A DNA stretch of 32,000 nucleotides, taken from NCBI RefSeq assembly GCF_001458695.1, contig NZ_LN885086.1:630001-662000 (forward strand), given 5' to 3'. Positions 9,232 to 17,444 of this stretch are shown in pieces (positions within the stretch are counted from its first letter, which is position 1; every line of letters starts with the position of its first letter). Position numbers and translations under genes: made by a program. Under the pieces are notes generated by a model. That model did no database searches, had not been told where the DNA came from, and saw nothing but the letters and a program-made list of their open reading frames with translations. The DNA is from Candidatus Nitrospira inopinata. GTDB taxonomy: Bacteria; Nitrospirota; Nitrospiria; Nitrospirales; Nitrospiraceae.

Positions 9232-11711
9232 ACCACGACCTCCGGAAGAATGACGCCGTGCGGACTCCGTGCGCCGTCGAGCGCCTGCCGTTCCTCGGCG
9301 CTCAACAGGTCCGCTTCGGAGAGGTGCAAGAGCCGCGCGGTCTCGCGGATGCAATGGGCCCAACTTGAACGGTTGACGAACAGCATGCCCGGCGTGCTAA
9401 GCGTGCCACCGTGATTGATGTAGCCCAATCCCACCGTTGCAGGGCCCGTGTGCAAGGGGCCAAGAACTCCGAGGATCGTTTCCGGTCTGGTATGGGTCAC
9501 AAAGAGCCGAGCCGGCACATCGGTCGGGAAGAGATGGGCCATCACTTCCGGCGAGGCGCCATGTGCCCCTTCGTGCTCGGAGCGAGGCGCCCGGAATCGT
9601 CCCGGCTCGAGCAAATAGACGACGGTATGAGCGATCATTCCTTCCGCCAACCGGCGGGACGCCCGGAGCACTTCCATCAACTGGTATGAACCGACGGCGG
9701 TCAGAATGATGCGCGCTTGCCGATGGTGATAGCCGGTCCAATCCAGCCGTAGGCCGCCGTCTTTGACCAACGTTCGCGCTTCGCTTGGCGTGAACAGATC
9801 GGGGATGACGTCCGCCTTGGGCACGACCAACGTCCAGATCTGGCCATGCGTCTTGTAGAGCCGCTCCATGACGGCGGCCGCACCGTTGAAATCAGGAGGA
9901 AACAGGACCCTTGACACATGCGACGGTTCGCCGAGCATCGCTTCCGCCATACTGGGATCTTGATGCGACTGTTCGTTCTTGCCGTTCTCCCACGTATGGG
10001 AGGTCAAAACCAGCGGCATGGAGAGCCACCGTTGCGGGCGGCCCGCTTCCAGACAGTGGTTGGCGAAGATGATCTCCTGCCGCACTGCGCCGTGCATCTT
10101 GCTCCCGAAAGCCTCGTAAGTATGCACCAGATTGATGCCGCCCTTGTTGGCCAGTGCGGCGGACACCACCGCCTCCTCGTTCAGCGCGGTGATAACCGCC
10201 CCGTCCACGGATTCCGGCACCGCCGGCTCCGGGTCCGTGACGCGAAACTTGAGCCGTGCCAACGTCGAGACCAGTCGGTTCGACAACATTTCATCAGGGT
10301 TGCCGACACGCGGGCGCAGGCGAGGATTGGCATCCAGAATGGCGACGAACGTGCGGTCGATCGCCGTCATCGGAGAGGCCGTGGCCCAGTCTTCCAAGTT
10401 GCGTCGCGCGTCCTCGGAGACCTGCCTGAACGGCAGCTCCGGGATGGCAGACTCCGGCACGTCGCGGTGAGCCAACACGTGATCCCGTTCGCGCGCGCGG
10501 CCGGATGCTTCGTGTCGTTGAAAATGCGGGATCGCCTCGACCAGTTCGTTCGACGACACCCAGAGACGTCTCGCCCCTTCGTTGAACAGATCCGCCGCGC
10601 GGTTCTCGACGCGCGGATTGGCCATCAAAGGGAGATTGTGAGCCAAGTTGGTCCCCTCGCCGGGGAAGCCGGCGCCTTTCGGCGCAATGGCGATTCCATA
10701 GGGGAGCGGAACAGGATACCGGCCTTTCCCTTCCTTGACCGATTCGGCGGCGGCTTCGAGCCTATGTTCCATCTCGATGATCGCCCACAAAAAGGCGGCA
10801 GGATCTCGGCCGTCAAGGATGATCGGATCGAATCCATTTAATCTGAGATGCTCGCTGAACCAAGCCGCTCCTCCCTGCTGCGACATCGTCGTCCGCTGAT
10901 CGATCCGTCTGCCGTTCTTGATCATGATCGGCGTCACCAAGCCGCAATCCTCGACCCGCCACCAGCGAGGAGCCCAATCGCTGCCCCGCTGTTCTTCAAA
11001 AGCCCCGTCGGAGAGAAACGCCACCAGCCGCTCGCCGGGTAGCGGCATGTGGACGTACTGCAATTCGGCGAAGCCCAGATAGCCTCCTTCCGACAGTCCG
11101 CCGGCCGTATGGACGTTGACGTGGCTTCCCAAAGGCGAATCCTGTCGCCCATCGTCTCGCAGTCGATACGAGTAAAAGTCTCGTACGTATCGACTCAGCC
11201 CTTCGTCCGTGACGGAATACCGTGCGGCATGAGCCTCCGTCATGTTGCCGACGAGCAGATTCAACGAGTCGATCGCGGCGACACAGTGCCCTTGCCCCAT
11301 CAGCCATCCGCGCGTGTGGCCGGTCACCACATTGGCGGCAAGATAACCGGCATAGGCCGGCACCATGTTCAGCGCGCCGCCGGTGTGGCCTTCGGGACGA
11401 ACCTTGAAGTCCTCGGTATCGAGCGGCCTGCCGTCGAGATAGACATTGCGAGCATAGGTTTGATGAACGACCAGCCACAGGCCGGCGCTGGTCAGCCGGT
11501 CAAGCGCTATCAGGAGATCATAGAAAGCGACCTTGTCTCCCGTCGTGCTGCGGCTTGCCAGACGGCGCGCCAACTCATGGACACGGACCTGCGTCTCATC
11601 ACTGTGCTGGATGACTCCATAGCCCTCGGCCCAACGGGCGAATGACGGGTCATCGTTACGGCATTGCGCTGCGTGCTCCGTCTCAGACTGTGCGGTTTCC
11701 ATCTCCTTCAC
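9228..11711 (-). CDS. xfp: Phosphoketolase-family protein (divergent XFP)
   Basis: 827 aa, with the length and architecture of XFP. EGGYLGF and SDGAFEE lie where the canonical EGGELGY and GDGE signatures sit. GTG start at 11711 is preceded by AGGAGG at 6-nt spacing and overlaps the ackA stop (GTGA). It sits directly downstream of ackA. Confidence 0.82.
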   Translation of the reverse strand: MKEMETAQSETEHAAQCRNDDPSFARWAEGYGVIQHSDETQVRVHELARRLASRSTTGDKVAFYDLLIALDRLTSAGLWLVVHQTYARNVYLDGRPLDTEDFKVRPEGHTGGALNMVPAYAGYLAANVVTGHTRGWLMGQGHCVAAIDSLNLLVGNMTEAHAARYSVTDEGLSRYVRDFYSYRLRDDGRQDSPLGSHVNVHTAGGLSEGGYLGFAELQYVHMPLPGERLVAFLSDGAFEEQRGSDWAPRWWRVEDCGLVTPIMIKNGRRIDQRTTMSQQGGAAWFSEHLRLNGFDPIILDGRDPAAFLWAIIEMEHRLEAAAESVKEGKGRYPVPLPYGIAIAPKGAGFPGEGTNLAHNLPLMANPRVENRAADLFNEGARRLWVSSNELVEAIPHFQRHEASGRARERDHVLAHRDVPESAIPELPFRQVSEDARRNLEDWATASPMTAIDRTFVAILDANPRLRPRVGNPDEMLSNRLVSTLARLKFRVTDPEPAVPESVDGAVITALNEEAVVSAALANKGGINLVHTYEAFGSKMHGAVRQEIIFANHCLEAGRPQRWLSMPLVLTSHTWENGKNEQSHQDPSMAEAMLGEPSHVSRVLFPPDFNGAAAVMERLYKTHGQIWTLVVPKADVIPDLFTPSEARTLVKDGGLRLDWTGYHHRQARIILTAVGSYQLMEVLRASRRLAEGMIAHTVVYLLEPGRFRAPRSEHEGAHGASPEVMAHLFPTDVPARLFVTHTRPETILGVLGPLHTGPATVGLGYINHGGTLSTPGMLFVNRSSWAHCIRETARLLHLSEADLLSAEERQALDGARSPHGVILPEVVV

Positions 11712-12973
11712 GGTTGTCCTCCTTTCGGGTGTCGCAGACAGCGCAGGGTTTCCCGCGCGATCCAGGTTTCTTCATCAACGGCCGTGACATAGGCTGGCAC
11801 TGTCGCCTCATCCGGGCTGATACAGACGGCGGAGCCGGCCTGGAGTGTGACCGCCGCGCTGTTTTTCTGTTCGTCAAGCCGAAGCCCGCACCAGTCCATC
11901 CCTTCACAGATTCGAGCGCGGATCAGCGGCGACCGCTCGCCGATTCCTCCGCTGAACAAGACGGCGTCGGCTCCACCCAACACCGCCAGATAGGCGCCGA
12001 TGTATTTGCGGACCCGATAGCAGAAGACGGCCACCGCCAGTTCGGCACGCTGATCGTCAAGCTCCCTGGCTTTTAAGATCTCCCGCATGTCCGACCACCG
12101 GCCGGACAAGCCCAGGAGGCCGGACCGTTCATTGAGCAGACGATCGATCTGCTCCACCGTCAGTTCCGTGTGGCGCGCGAGGTACCCCACCAGTCCCGTG
12201 TCGCAGTCGCCGGCCCTGGTCCCCATCACCAACCCTTCCATCGGGGTAAACCCCATGGAGGTATCGATCGAACACCCATCGCGGATCGCCGTCGCCGAAC
12301 AACCACTCCCAAGGTGCACCGTGATCAGCCTGGTTCCCTCAAGCGATCGTCCCACAGTCTCGGCATAGGCGGCGGCGGACGAGGCATGCGCGATCCCGTG
12401 GAACCCATAGCGCCGCACGCCGTATTTCGTCGACCATTCCTCCGGAATCGCGTAGGTCGCCGCGTGGTCTGGAATCGTCCGATGAAAGGCGGTGTCGAAG
12501 ACCGCGACCATCGGCACGGACGCGCCGGCGACGGCGCGAGCCGCTTCGCGCGCCGCGTTGATCGTCGCGAGACAGGCCCGGTTGTGCAGCGGCGCCAAGT
12601 CCGTCACCAGTGCGATCTTTTCCAAGACCCCTTCGTCAATCACGACCGTGTCCCGAAACCACGATCCTCCGTGCACGACCCGGTGCCCCATGGCCTCCAC
12701 CGGCACATCTCTTGATTGCCCCAACGAGTCAAAAATCCACTCAACGGCGATCCGATGATCGGGGACATCCCGCTCGCGAATTGGTTCTTGCGTTCCACCA
12801 ACTGTCATGGTGAGGGTCGCGGCACCACCGATCCGCTCGATCACGCCACGGGCAAGATGAATTCCTCGGCCCACAGGTATCTGCTCGCCACCCGTTTCTC
12901 CGTCACCCAATGGATATCGGATCAATAGAAACTTGAGCGACGAACTCCCGCTGTTCAACACCAGGATGTTCAT
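11708..12973 (-). CDS. ackA: Acetate kinase
   Basis: MNILVLNSGSSSLKF N-terminus, plus HRVVHGG, AVFDTAFH, RRYGFHG and GIGE motifs. The ATG at 12973 overlaps the atpG stop (ATGA). Confidence 0.94.
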   Translation of the reverse strand: MNILVLNSGSSSLKFLLIRYPLGDGETGGEQIPVGRGIHLARGVIERIGGAATLTMTVGGTQEPIRERDVPDHRIAVEWIFDSLGQSRDVPVEAMGHRVVHGGSWFRDTVVIDEGVLEKIALVTDLAPLHNRACLATINAAREAARAVAGASVPMVAVFDTAFHRTIPDHAATYAIPEEWSTKYGVRRYGFHGIAHASSAAAYAETVGRSLEGTRLITVHLGSGCSATAIRDGCSIDTSMGFTPMEGLVMGTRAGDCDTGLVGYLARHTELTVEQIDRLLNERSGLLGLSGRWSDMREILKARELDDQRAELAVAVFCYRVRKYIGAYLAVLGGADAVLFSGGIGERSPLIRARICEGMDWCGLRLDEQKNSAAVTLQAGSAVCISPDEATVPAYVTAVDEETWIARETLRCLRHPKGGQP

Positions 12974-13943
12974 GTGAGCCCCTCAACCTGCGACGGTGCA
13001 TGATCCGGATTCTTCCCATCCGCAACCAAGCTCGTAGAGCAGATCATCCCGTCATGCGCCGGCGCTGCCTGCACCAAACCGGTCCCGTTCTCCCCAACGG
13101 CTTCGGCGCTCAGCATGATGACCGCAATTTCCTGTGTGATCTCTTCTTGCCGGAGCACATGGTACTTCCGCGTCAACCCCTCGGTCTCCTTCTCCAATCG
13201 TTGGAGCGCCTGGTCCATATGTTGAAACCGACTGCGATTTTCCGCCATCAGCGAGGTATAGAACATCTCGTGCAACACCGAGAAGAGATAGTGATCGAGC
13301 AATCGGGTCGCCACCTCGACCGGCGGCATGGTGAGGAGAGGGGGATGAGCATACTGGGTCCGAGGCCGGCCGAATTCACGAAAGGGGCGCCGGACGATGA
13401 CGGCTCGACCATTGTCGGCGCTTCTGTCGCCACTCCTATCGTTGCCCCCGTCACCGCTCCCGTGAGACAGCACGGTCACGTCCAGTCGAGTCCCAGCGGG
13501 GCGATTCCGCTGTAGCTCGCGCAGCGCTTCCACCACTTGAACCAAGACCGACGGCACCTCCTCCGTCACACTGGGGCCCGATAACGCCACATCCGGTTTG
13601 AGGCCGCCGATTTTCATGGCCAACTTATGGCCGACCGTTACGACCAACGGGAGCGGATCGCCCTTCCCCGTCATTTCCCTCGCCCGACACCGATCGAATT
13701 CGGCGAGCAAGGATTCATTGAAGTCCCCGCAGAATCCCCGTTCTGATCCGATCAAGAGAAAGACCGGACAGGCTCCCTCCATCGATGGGAGCAAGGCCGG
13801 ATAGCAATGGAAGAAATCCGCGGCGGCTTCTTCGATGCCGCCGACAACCCGCTGTTGCGCCGAGAGGAAGCGGCTCAGTTTATGGACCTCCATCAGCGCC
13901 AGGTTTTTCATGGCATTGAGGATTCCCTTGATGTCGCTCAACG
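12970..13943 (-). pseudogene. atpG: N-ATPase gamma subunit, 3' part (codon 13 onward), separated from its start by the transposon
   Basis: Gamma-like sequence (SDIKGILNAMKNLALMEV..., C-terminal QEEITQEIAVIMLSAEA). No ATG or GTG start remains; the track start at 13941 is a TTG that is Leu14 of the reconstructed protein. An in-frame stop lies at 13990-13992 inside the transposon. Confidence 0.85.
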
Positions 13944-13951
13944 CGTGAATC
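13944..13951. repeat. Target-site duplication, left copy (CGTGAATC)
   Basis: Identical 8-mer directly abutting the outer edge of each terminal inverted repeat (13944-13951 and 15921-15928). Confidence 0.9.
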
Positions 13952-13969
13952 GGCAGTGCATCAGTTTGA
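13952..13969. repeat. Left terminal inverted repeat (IRL)
   Basis: GGCAGTGCATCAGTTTGA matches the reverse complement of 15903-15920 at 16 of 18 positions. It starts GG(C/T)(A)GTG, similar to IS1 ends. Confidence 0.85.
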
Positions 13970-14017
13970 ATTATTCCCCGATTGAAAACCTATCAAGCCT
14001 GTGGCATGCTTAGCGGT

Positions 14018-14254
14018 ATGCAGCGCCCTAAGCGGCCACGCGACCCCAACCAACTCGGCAAGCTCATTGTAGACCTGAGTGTCGGCGAAGCCGATGACTC
14101 TAAGAACCTGCCAGATGAGAGCGGGAAAGATCCGGCGGCTGTTGCCCTTGGTAAGAAAGGCGGTGCGGCACGGGCAAAGAAACTGTCCTCAAAAGAGAAA
14201 TCCTCCATTGCGAGAAAAGCGGCGAAAGCACGCTGGAAATCTCGCGTAAAATAG
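14018..14254 (+). CDS. Small lysine/arginine-rich protein (about 78 aa), passenger gene
   Basis: MQRPKRPRDPNQLGKLIVDL...DPAAVALGKKGGAARAKKLSSKEKSSIARKAAKARW. This resembles a widespread family of small basic hypothetical proteins. The start is uncertain (ATG 14006 or 14018; the track start 13982 is TTG). Confidence 0.55.
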   Translation: MQRPKRPRDPNQLGKLIVDLSVGEADDSKNLPDESGKDPAAVALGKKGGAARAKKLSSKEKSSIARKAAKARWKSRVK

Positions 14255-14356
14255 CCGTACCTTGGTTATCCACAGCCATCCTGAAAAGATCATCACCCAC
14301 ACCGCACTAGCACCACATTTCGCATTGACAGAAAAACATTAAGAGGGTAAAAGGGT

Positions 14357-14383
14357 CTCCAGGTCATAATACACCACCTGGAG
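14357..14383 (+). promoter_or_regulatory. 8-bp perfect inverted repeat CTCCAGGT-N11-ACCTGGAG overlapping a CATAAT box and the SD of the downstream ORF
   Basis: Arms at 14357-14364 and 14376-14383. The loop contains CATAAT (14365-14370). The right arm overlaps the GGAGGGG SD for the ATG at 14392. A TTGACA lies at 14325-14330. Confidence 0.4.
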
Positions 14384-14391
14384 GGGTGCCA

Positions 14392-14748
14392 ATGCCTGAG
14401 CCAGCACAAGATCTTGAGGTTTTACAAGCTCGCCTTCTTGCGGTCGAGAAAGAACTGGAGAAACTTCGGTTAGAACTTGCTTGTTCGCGCAGTGGAAACT
14501 CATGGACACATAACTCTAAGGTTGTCCCAATCGGTTATTTGCGTCCCTCCCAAGCCATTATCGCAAGCCTGCGCGAATTTGATAGACCTGTTGGAGTAGG
14601 AGTGCTTCGCCAACGGTTAGAGTCGAAGGGGTATCCGATGGAGAAATTCGGACCCACGAAAAATTATTTCTATACTCTGATCTGTCGATTAGCTGAATCA
14701 GGGAAGATCGCCCGATTAGAAGGGGATGAAGTTATGCTGGCAGGATAA
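14392..14748 (+). CDS. Hypothetical protein, N-terminal coiled-coil plus possible winged-helix-like C-terminal half, passenger gene
   Basis: ATG 14392 lies 5 nt after GGAGGGG. LEVLQARLLAVEKELEKLRLEL is heptad-like. A strong hairpin follows. No recognisable family. Confidence 0.55.
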   Translation: MPEPAQDLEVLQARLLAVEKELEKLRLELACSRSGNSWTHNSKVVPIGYLRPSQAIIASLREFDRPVGVGVLRQRLESKGYPMEKFGPTKNYFYTLICRLAESGKIARLEGDEVMLAG

Positions 14749-14750
14749 GC

Positions 14751-14796
14751 AAATGCCCCGTCAGATCCATTCGCAAGAGAACCTGACGGGGCATTT
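14751..14796 (+). terminator. 14-bp perfect stem hairpin (AAATGCCCCGTCAG-N18-CTGACGGGGCATTT)
   Basis: Starts 3 nt after the stop at 14748. GC-rich core, with the stem ending in TTT. There is no long U-tract, so the terminator call is tentative. Confidence 0.5.
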
Positions 14797-14815
14797 GTAA
14801 GAACGATCAACCGAA

Positions 14816-14911
14816 GAGGGGGTGTACCGAATGGTAAGGTGACCTGATTCGCAAACAGGTCGCAGATGCTAGCACATCTGCTTGCGGGTTCGAGCCCCGC
14901 CCCCCTCTCCA
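14816..14911 (+). tRNA. tRNA-like gene, class-II architecture (long variable arm), encoded CCA, atypical anticodon loop (UUCGCAA)
   Basis: Hand fold. Acceptor GAGGGGG/CCCCCTC (7 bp perfect). D arm TACC-GAATGGTAA-GGTG, with GG. Anticodon stem CCTGA/ACAGG with a terminal A-A mismatch and loop TTCGCAA. Variable arm is a 7-bp stem, GCAGATG/CATCTGC. T arm GCGGG-TTCGAGC-CCCGC. Discriminator T, then CCA. Confidence 0.6.
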
Positions 14912-15036
14912 ACCCTCTAGAAGGCAGGTTAAATATACCAACCCTCACGGCCCTGTCAACTCCGCTCAGTTACTTAGACATTCATTCCCATTACGGGGAT
15001 ATATGCAGGCCCATCATTATAACTGAACATTTATGC

Positions 15037-15065
15037 TTGACGATAAGCATAGACGGTAGTATAGT
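15037..15065 (+). promoter_or_regulatory. Sigma70-type promoter TTGACG-17 nt-TATAGT for the transposase, predicting a leaderless mRNA
   Basis: -35 at 15037-15042 and -10 at 15060-15065, with exact 17-nt spacing. The ATG at 15072 lies 7 nt after the -10 box. A TATGCTT/AAGCATA inverted repeat flanks the -35. Confidence 0.55.
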
Positions 15066-15071
15066 ATGGGC

Positions 15072-15911
15072 ATGAACAAATTGAATCATGCTAAGCGAGT
15101 CCAGATCATCAACTTGCTCGTTGAAGGCAACAGCATGCGGGCGACGGCGCGCATTGCAGATGTGGCGTTCAATACAGTTGCCAAACTGTTTATCGACACG
15201 GCGCGAATGTGCGCCGATTATCAGGATCGGACATTCCGCAAACTCACTTGCAAGAAATTGCAGCTGGACGAGATCTGGAGCTTCGTCTATGCCAAGCAAA
15301 AGAATGTTCCTGACGAGAAGCGCGGCCAAGCTGGAGATATCTGGACCTGGGTTGCGATTGATGCGGACAGTAAGCTTGTTCCTTCGTGGAGGATTGGAAG
15401 CAGGGACGCACGGACAGCCTGTGAGTTTGTCGATGATCTGGCAAGCCGTCTAGCCCATCGGGTGCAGATTACATCAGACGGATATAGGCCCTATCTGCAA
15501 GCCGTTGAAGGCGCGTTCGGAAGCAATGTTGATTTTGCCCAGCTTGTGAAGTTGTATGGCGATACGGTCGAGGGACAGAAACGGTACAGCCCACCTGTCT
15601 GCACTGGCGCGGTAAAGTCCGTCGTGATGGGCAACCCTGACGCCTGCTGCATCAGTACATCATATGTGGAACGGCAAAACCTCACGATGCGGATGAGCAT
15701 CCGACGCTTTACCAGGCTCACCAACGCCTTCTCAAAGAAGATTGAGAATCATGCGCTGTCAGTGGCCTTGCATTATATGCACTATAATTTCTGCCGGGTA
15801 CATAAGACGCTTCGGGTTACTCCGGCCATGGCCGCTGGTGTCTCAGATCATGTCTGGACGATTGATGAGATCGTGGCCCTTGTCGAACAAGCCGAGGCTC
15901 AGTCAAAATGA
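15072..15911 (+). CDS. IS1-family DDE transposase (single-ORF type)
   Basis: MNKLNHAKRVQIINLLVEGNS HTH region, then DEIWSFVYAKQKN, WTWVAIDADSKLVPSW, ITSDGYRPY, STSYVERQNLTMRMSIRRFTRLTNAFSKK and HYMHYNF. From memory these match proteins annotated as IS1 family transposase. The 3' end runs into the IRR. Confidence 0.88.
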   Translation: MNKLNHAKRVQIINLLVEGNSMRATARIADVAFNTVAKLFIDTARMCADYQDRTFRKLTCKKLQLDEIWSFVYAKQKNVPDEKRGQAGDIWTWVAIDADSKLVPSWRIGSRDARTACEFVDDLASRLAHRVQITSDGYRPYLQAVEGAFGSNVDFAQLVKLYGDTVEGQKRYSPPVCTGAVKSVVMGNPDACCISTSYVERQNLTMRMSIRRFTRLTNAFSKKIENHALSVALHYMHYNFCRVHKTLRVTPAMAAGVSDHVWTIDEIVALVEQAEAQSK

Positions 15912-15920
15912 TGCACTACC
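15903..15920. repeat. Right terminal inverted repeat (IRR)
   Basis: TCAAAATGATGCACTACC; see IRL. It overlaps the transposase stop codon (15909-15911). Confidence 0.85.
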
Positions 15921-15957
15921 CGTGAATCCGCCCGGAGAGTTCGTGGCGTTTGCTCAT
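15916..15957 (-). pseudogene. atpG: N-ATPase gamma subunit, 5' stub ([12 protein letters not shown] + G + stop)
   Basis: ATG 15957-15955 overlaps the atpA stop 15956-15954 (ATGA). The reading frame runs into the IRR and ends at a TAG (15918-15916). Confidence 0.8.
15921..15928. repeat. Target-site duplication, right copy (CGTGAATC)
   Basis: Identical to 13944-13951 and directly adjacent to the IRR. Confidence 0.9.
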
Positions 15958-17444
15958 GATTCGGCCTCTCGACCGATCCAGCTCTTGACGGCTTCTTCCC
16001 AGCGATCGGCCGAATCCTCAAGAGTCAGACCGCTTTCGCTCGCAGCAGTCATCAGTCGATCGAACACTCCTTTCACCTCAGGAATCGGCACGCGATCAAA
16101 GTGTCCACGGTTGAACGCCACCAACCAGGCCATGTGCGCCTCGATGGGGAGGGGAGCCAAGCGTGGCTGTTTCAAGATCTCGCGCAGAATGCGGCCTCGG
16201 TTGATCTTGGCTTCGATCGAGGCTTCAAGCTTGGCGCCGAACCGCGTAAACACCTCCAGTTCGAGAAACTGGAGATAGTCAAGCTTCATACGCCCCGCCT
16301 GCTCTTTGATGCGAGGATGCTGGCCCTTTCCACCGATCCGCGAGACGGATCGTGTGACGTCGATGGCGGGCAGGATCCCGCCGGCGAAGAGGTTCGCGTC
16401 CAGATAGACTTGGCCGTCGGTGATCGAGATCAGATTCGTCGGAATGTAGGACGCAATCTCGCCCTGCGCGGTCTCGACGATCGGCAACGCCGTCATGCTG
16501 CCGCCGCCGGAGGAGGCGGCCAGACAGGTCGACCGTTCCAGCAGGCGTGAATGGAGGTAAAAGATATCGGCCGGATAGGCCTCACGTCCCGGCGGGCGGC
16601 GCAGGAGGAGCGACAGCTCTCGGTAGGCCTGTGCGTGGGTGGTCAGGTCGTCGAAGACCACCAACGTATCTTTTCCCTGCCACATCCAAGCCTCAGCCAG
16701 GGCGCAGCCGGCGAACGGGGCCAGATACTTGAGACCAGGCAACGCCGTGGCGTCGGCGACGACGATCGTCGTGTGGGCCATCGCGCCATGGGCACGGAGC
16801 GTCTCGATGACCTGCACCGCCGTCGATCGTTTCTGGCCGATCAACACGTACACGCAGAGCACGTTTTTCCCCCGTTGATGGATCACCATGTCCAACGCGA
16901 GCGATGTTTTCCCCACGCCGTTGTCGCCGATGATGAGTTGCCGTTGCCCCTTCCCGATCGGAATCAACGTGTCCACCACTTTGTTGCCTGTATAGAGGGG
17001 CTTATGCACAAAATCCCGCGCGGTGATCGGCGGAGCGGGAGTGAAGAGGGGGCGACGCCCCATCGATTGGGGAATCGGTTGTCCGTCCAGCGGACGTCCA
17101 AGCGGATCGACCACTCGTCCGAGCCATGCGTCTCCAACAGGGATGCTGAGCGGCCGGCCGAGTCGATAGGCGGTGGTCTCCGAGGTCAGGTTGTCCGCCC
17201 GCTCCAATAAGATTGCGCCCACCAGTTGCCGTCCTAAGTGAAAGGTCAGTGCCAGACTCCCACCATCGAACACCAATAGTTCATCCATCGCGACGGAAGG
17301 AAGCCCATCCACCCAGACGATCCCATCCCCGACCGAGCGCACGACGCCCCGCTCCGCCACGCGCAAGGCGAATCGATAGTGCTCCAGCCAAGCGGCCTGC
17401 CGGGCGATCGGCGAAGCGGCTTCAGAGTACGGCGTCAACAGCAT
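15954..17444 (-). CDS. atpA: F1 ATPase alpha subunit (N-ATPase type)
   Basis: 496 aa. Walker A GDNGVGKT, plus [28 protein letters not shown] and ITDGQVYL. Confidence 0.93.
   Translation of the reverse strand: MLLTPYSEAASPIARQAAWLEHYRFALRVAERGVVRSVGDGIVWVDGLPSVAMDELLVFDGGSLALTFHLGRQLVGAILLERADNLTSETTAYRLGRPLSIPVGDAWLGRVVDPLGRPLDGQPIPQSMGRRPLFTPAPPITARDFVHKPLYTGNKVVDTLIPIGKGQRQLIIGDNGVGKTSLALDMVIHQRGKNVLCVYVLIGQKRSTAVQVIETLRAHGAMAHTTIVVADATALPGLKYLAPFAGCALAEAWMWQGKDTLVVFDDLTTHAQAYRELSLLLRRPPGREAYPADIFYLHSRLLERSTCLAASSGGGSMTALPIVETAQGEIASYIPTNLISITDGQVYLDANLFAGGILPAIDVTRSVSRIGGKGQHPRIKEQAGRMKLDYLQFLELEVFTRFGAKLEASIEAKINRGRILREILKQPRLAPLPIEAHMAWLVAFNRGHFDRVPIPEVKGVFDRLMTAASESGLTLEDSADRWEEAVKSWIGREAES

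Larger units (their letters stand above)
13952..15920 (+). mobile_element. IS1-family transposon with passenger genes (1,969 bp)
   Basis: Bounded by 18-bp TIRs: GGCAGTGCATCAGTTTGA, and the reverse complement of the right end, GGTAGTGCATCATTTTGA (16/18). Flanked by the 8-bp direct repeat CGTGAATC. Visibly more AT-rich than its surroundings. Encodes an IS1-type DDE transposase at the right end. Confidence 0.88.

Noticed and set aside
9918-11645. + strand ORFs 9918..10841 and 11049..11645 inside the phosphoketolase gene
   Set aside because: Shadow ORFs with no motifs. The opposite strand encodes a continuous 827-aa homolog.
14670-14948. 92-aa minus-strand ORF in the transposon
   Set aside because: It runs antisense through the tRNA-like gene and the hairpin. 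The GLEPA stretch is simply the reverse translation of the T arm.
15005-15022. Possible internal IRL (GCAGGCCCATCATTATAA) that would define a minimal IS of about 0.9 kb inside the 1,969-bp element
   Set aside because: Only 11 of 18 positions match the IRR, and no direct repeat flanks it. The outer TIR pair (16/18) plus the perfect TSD explains the structure better. I keep it only as a hypothesis for how the cargo was captured.
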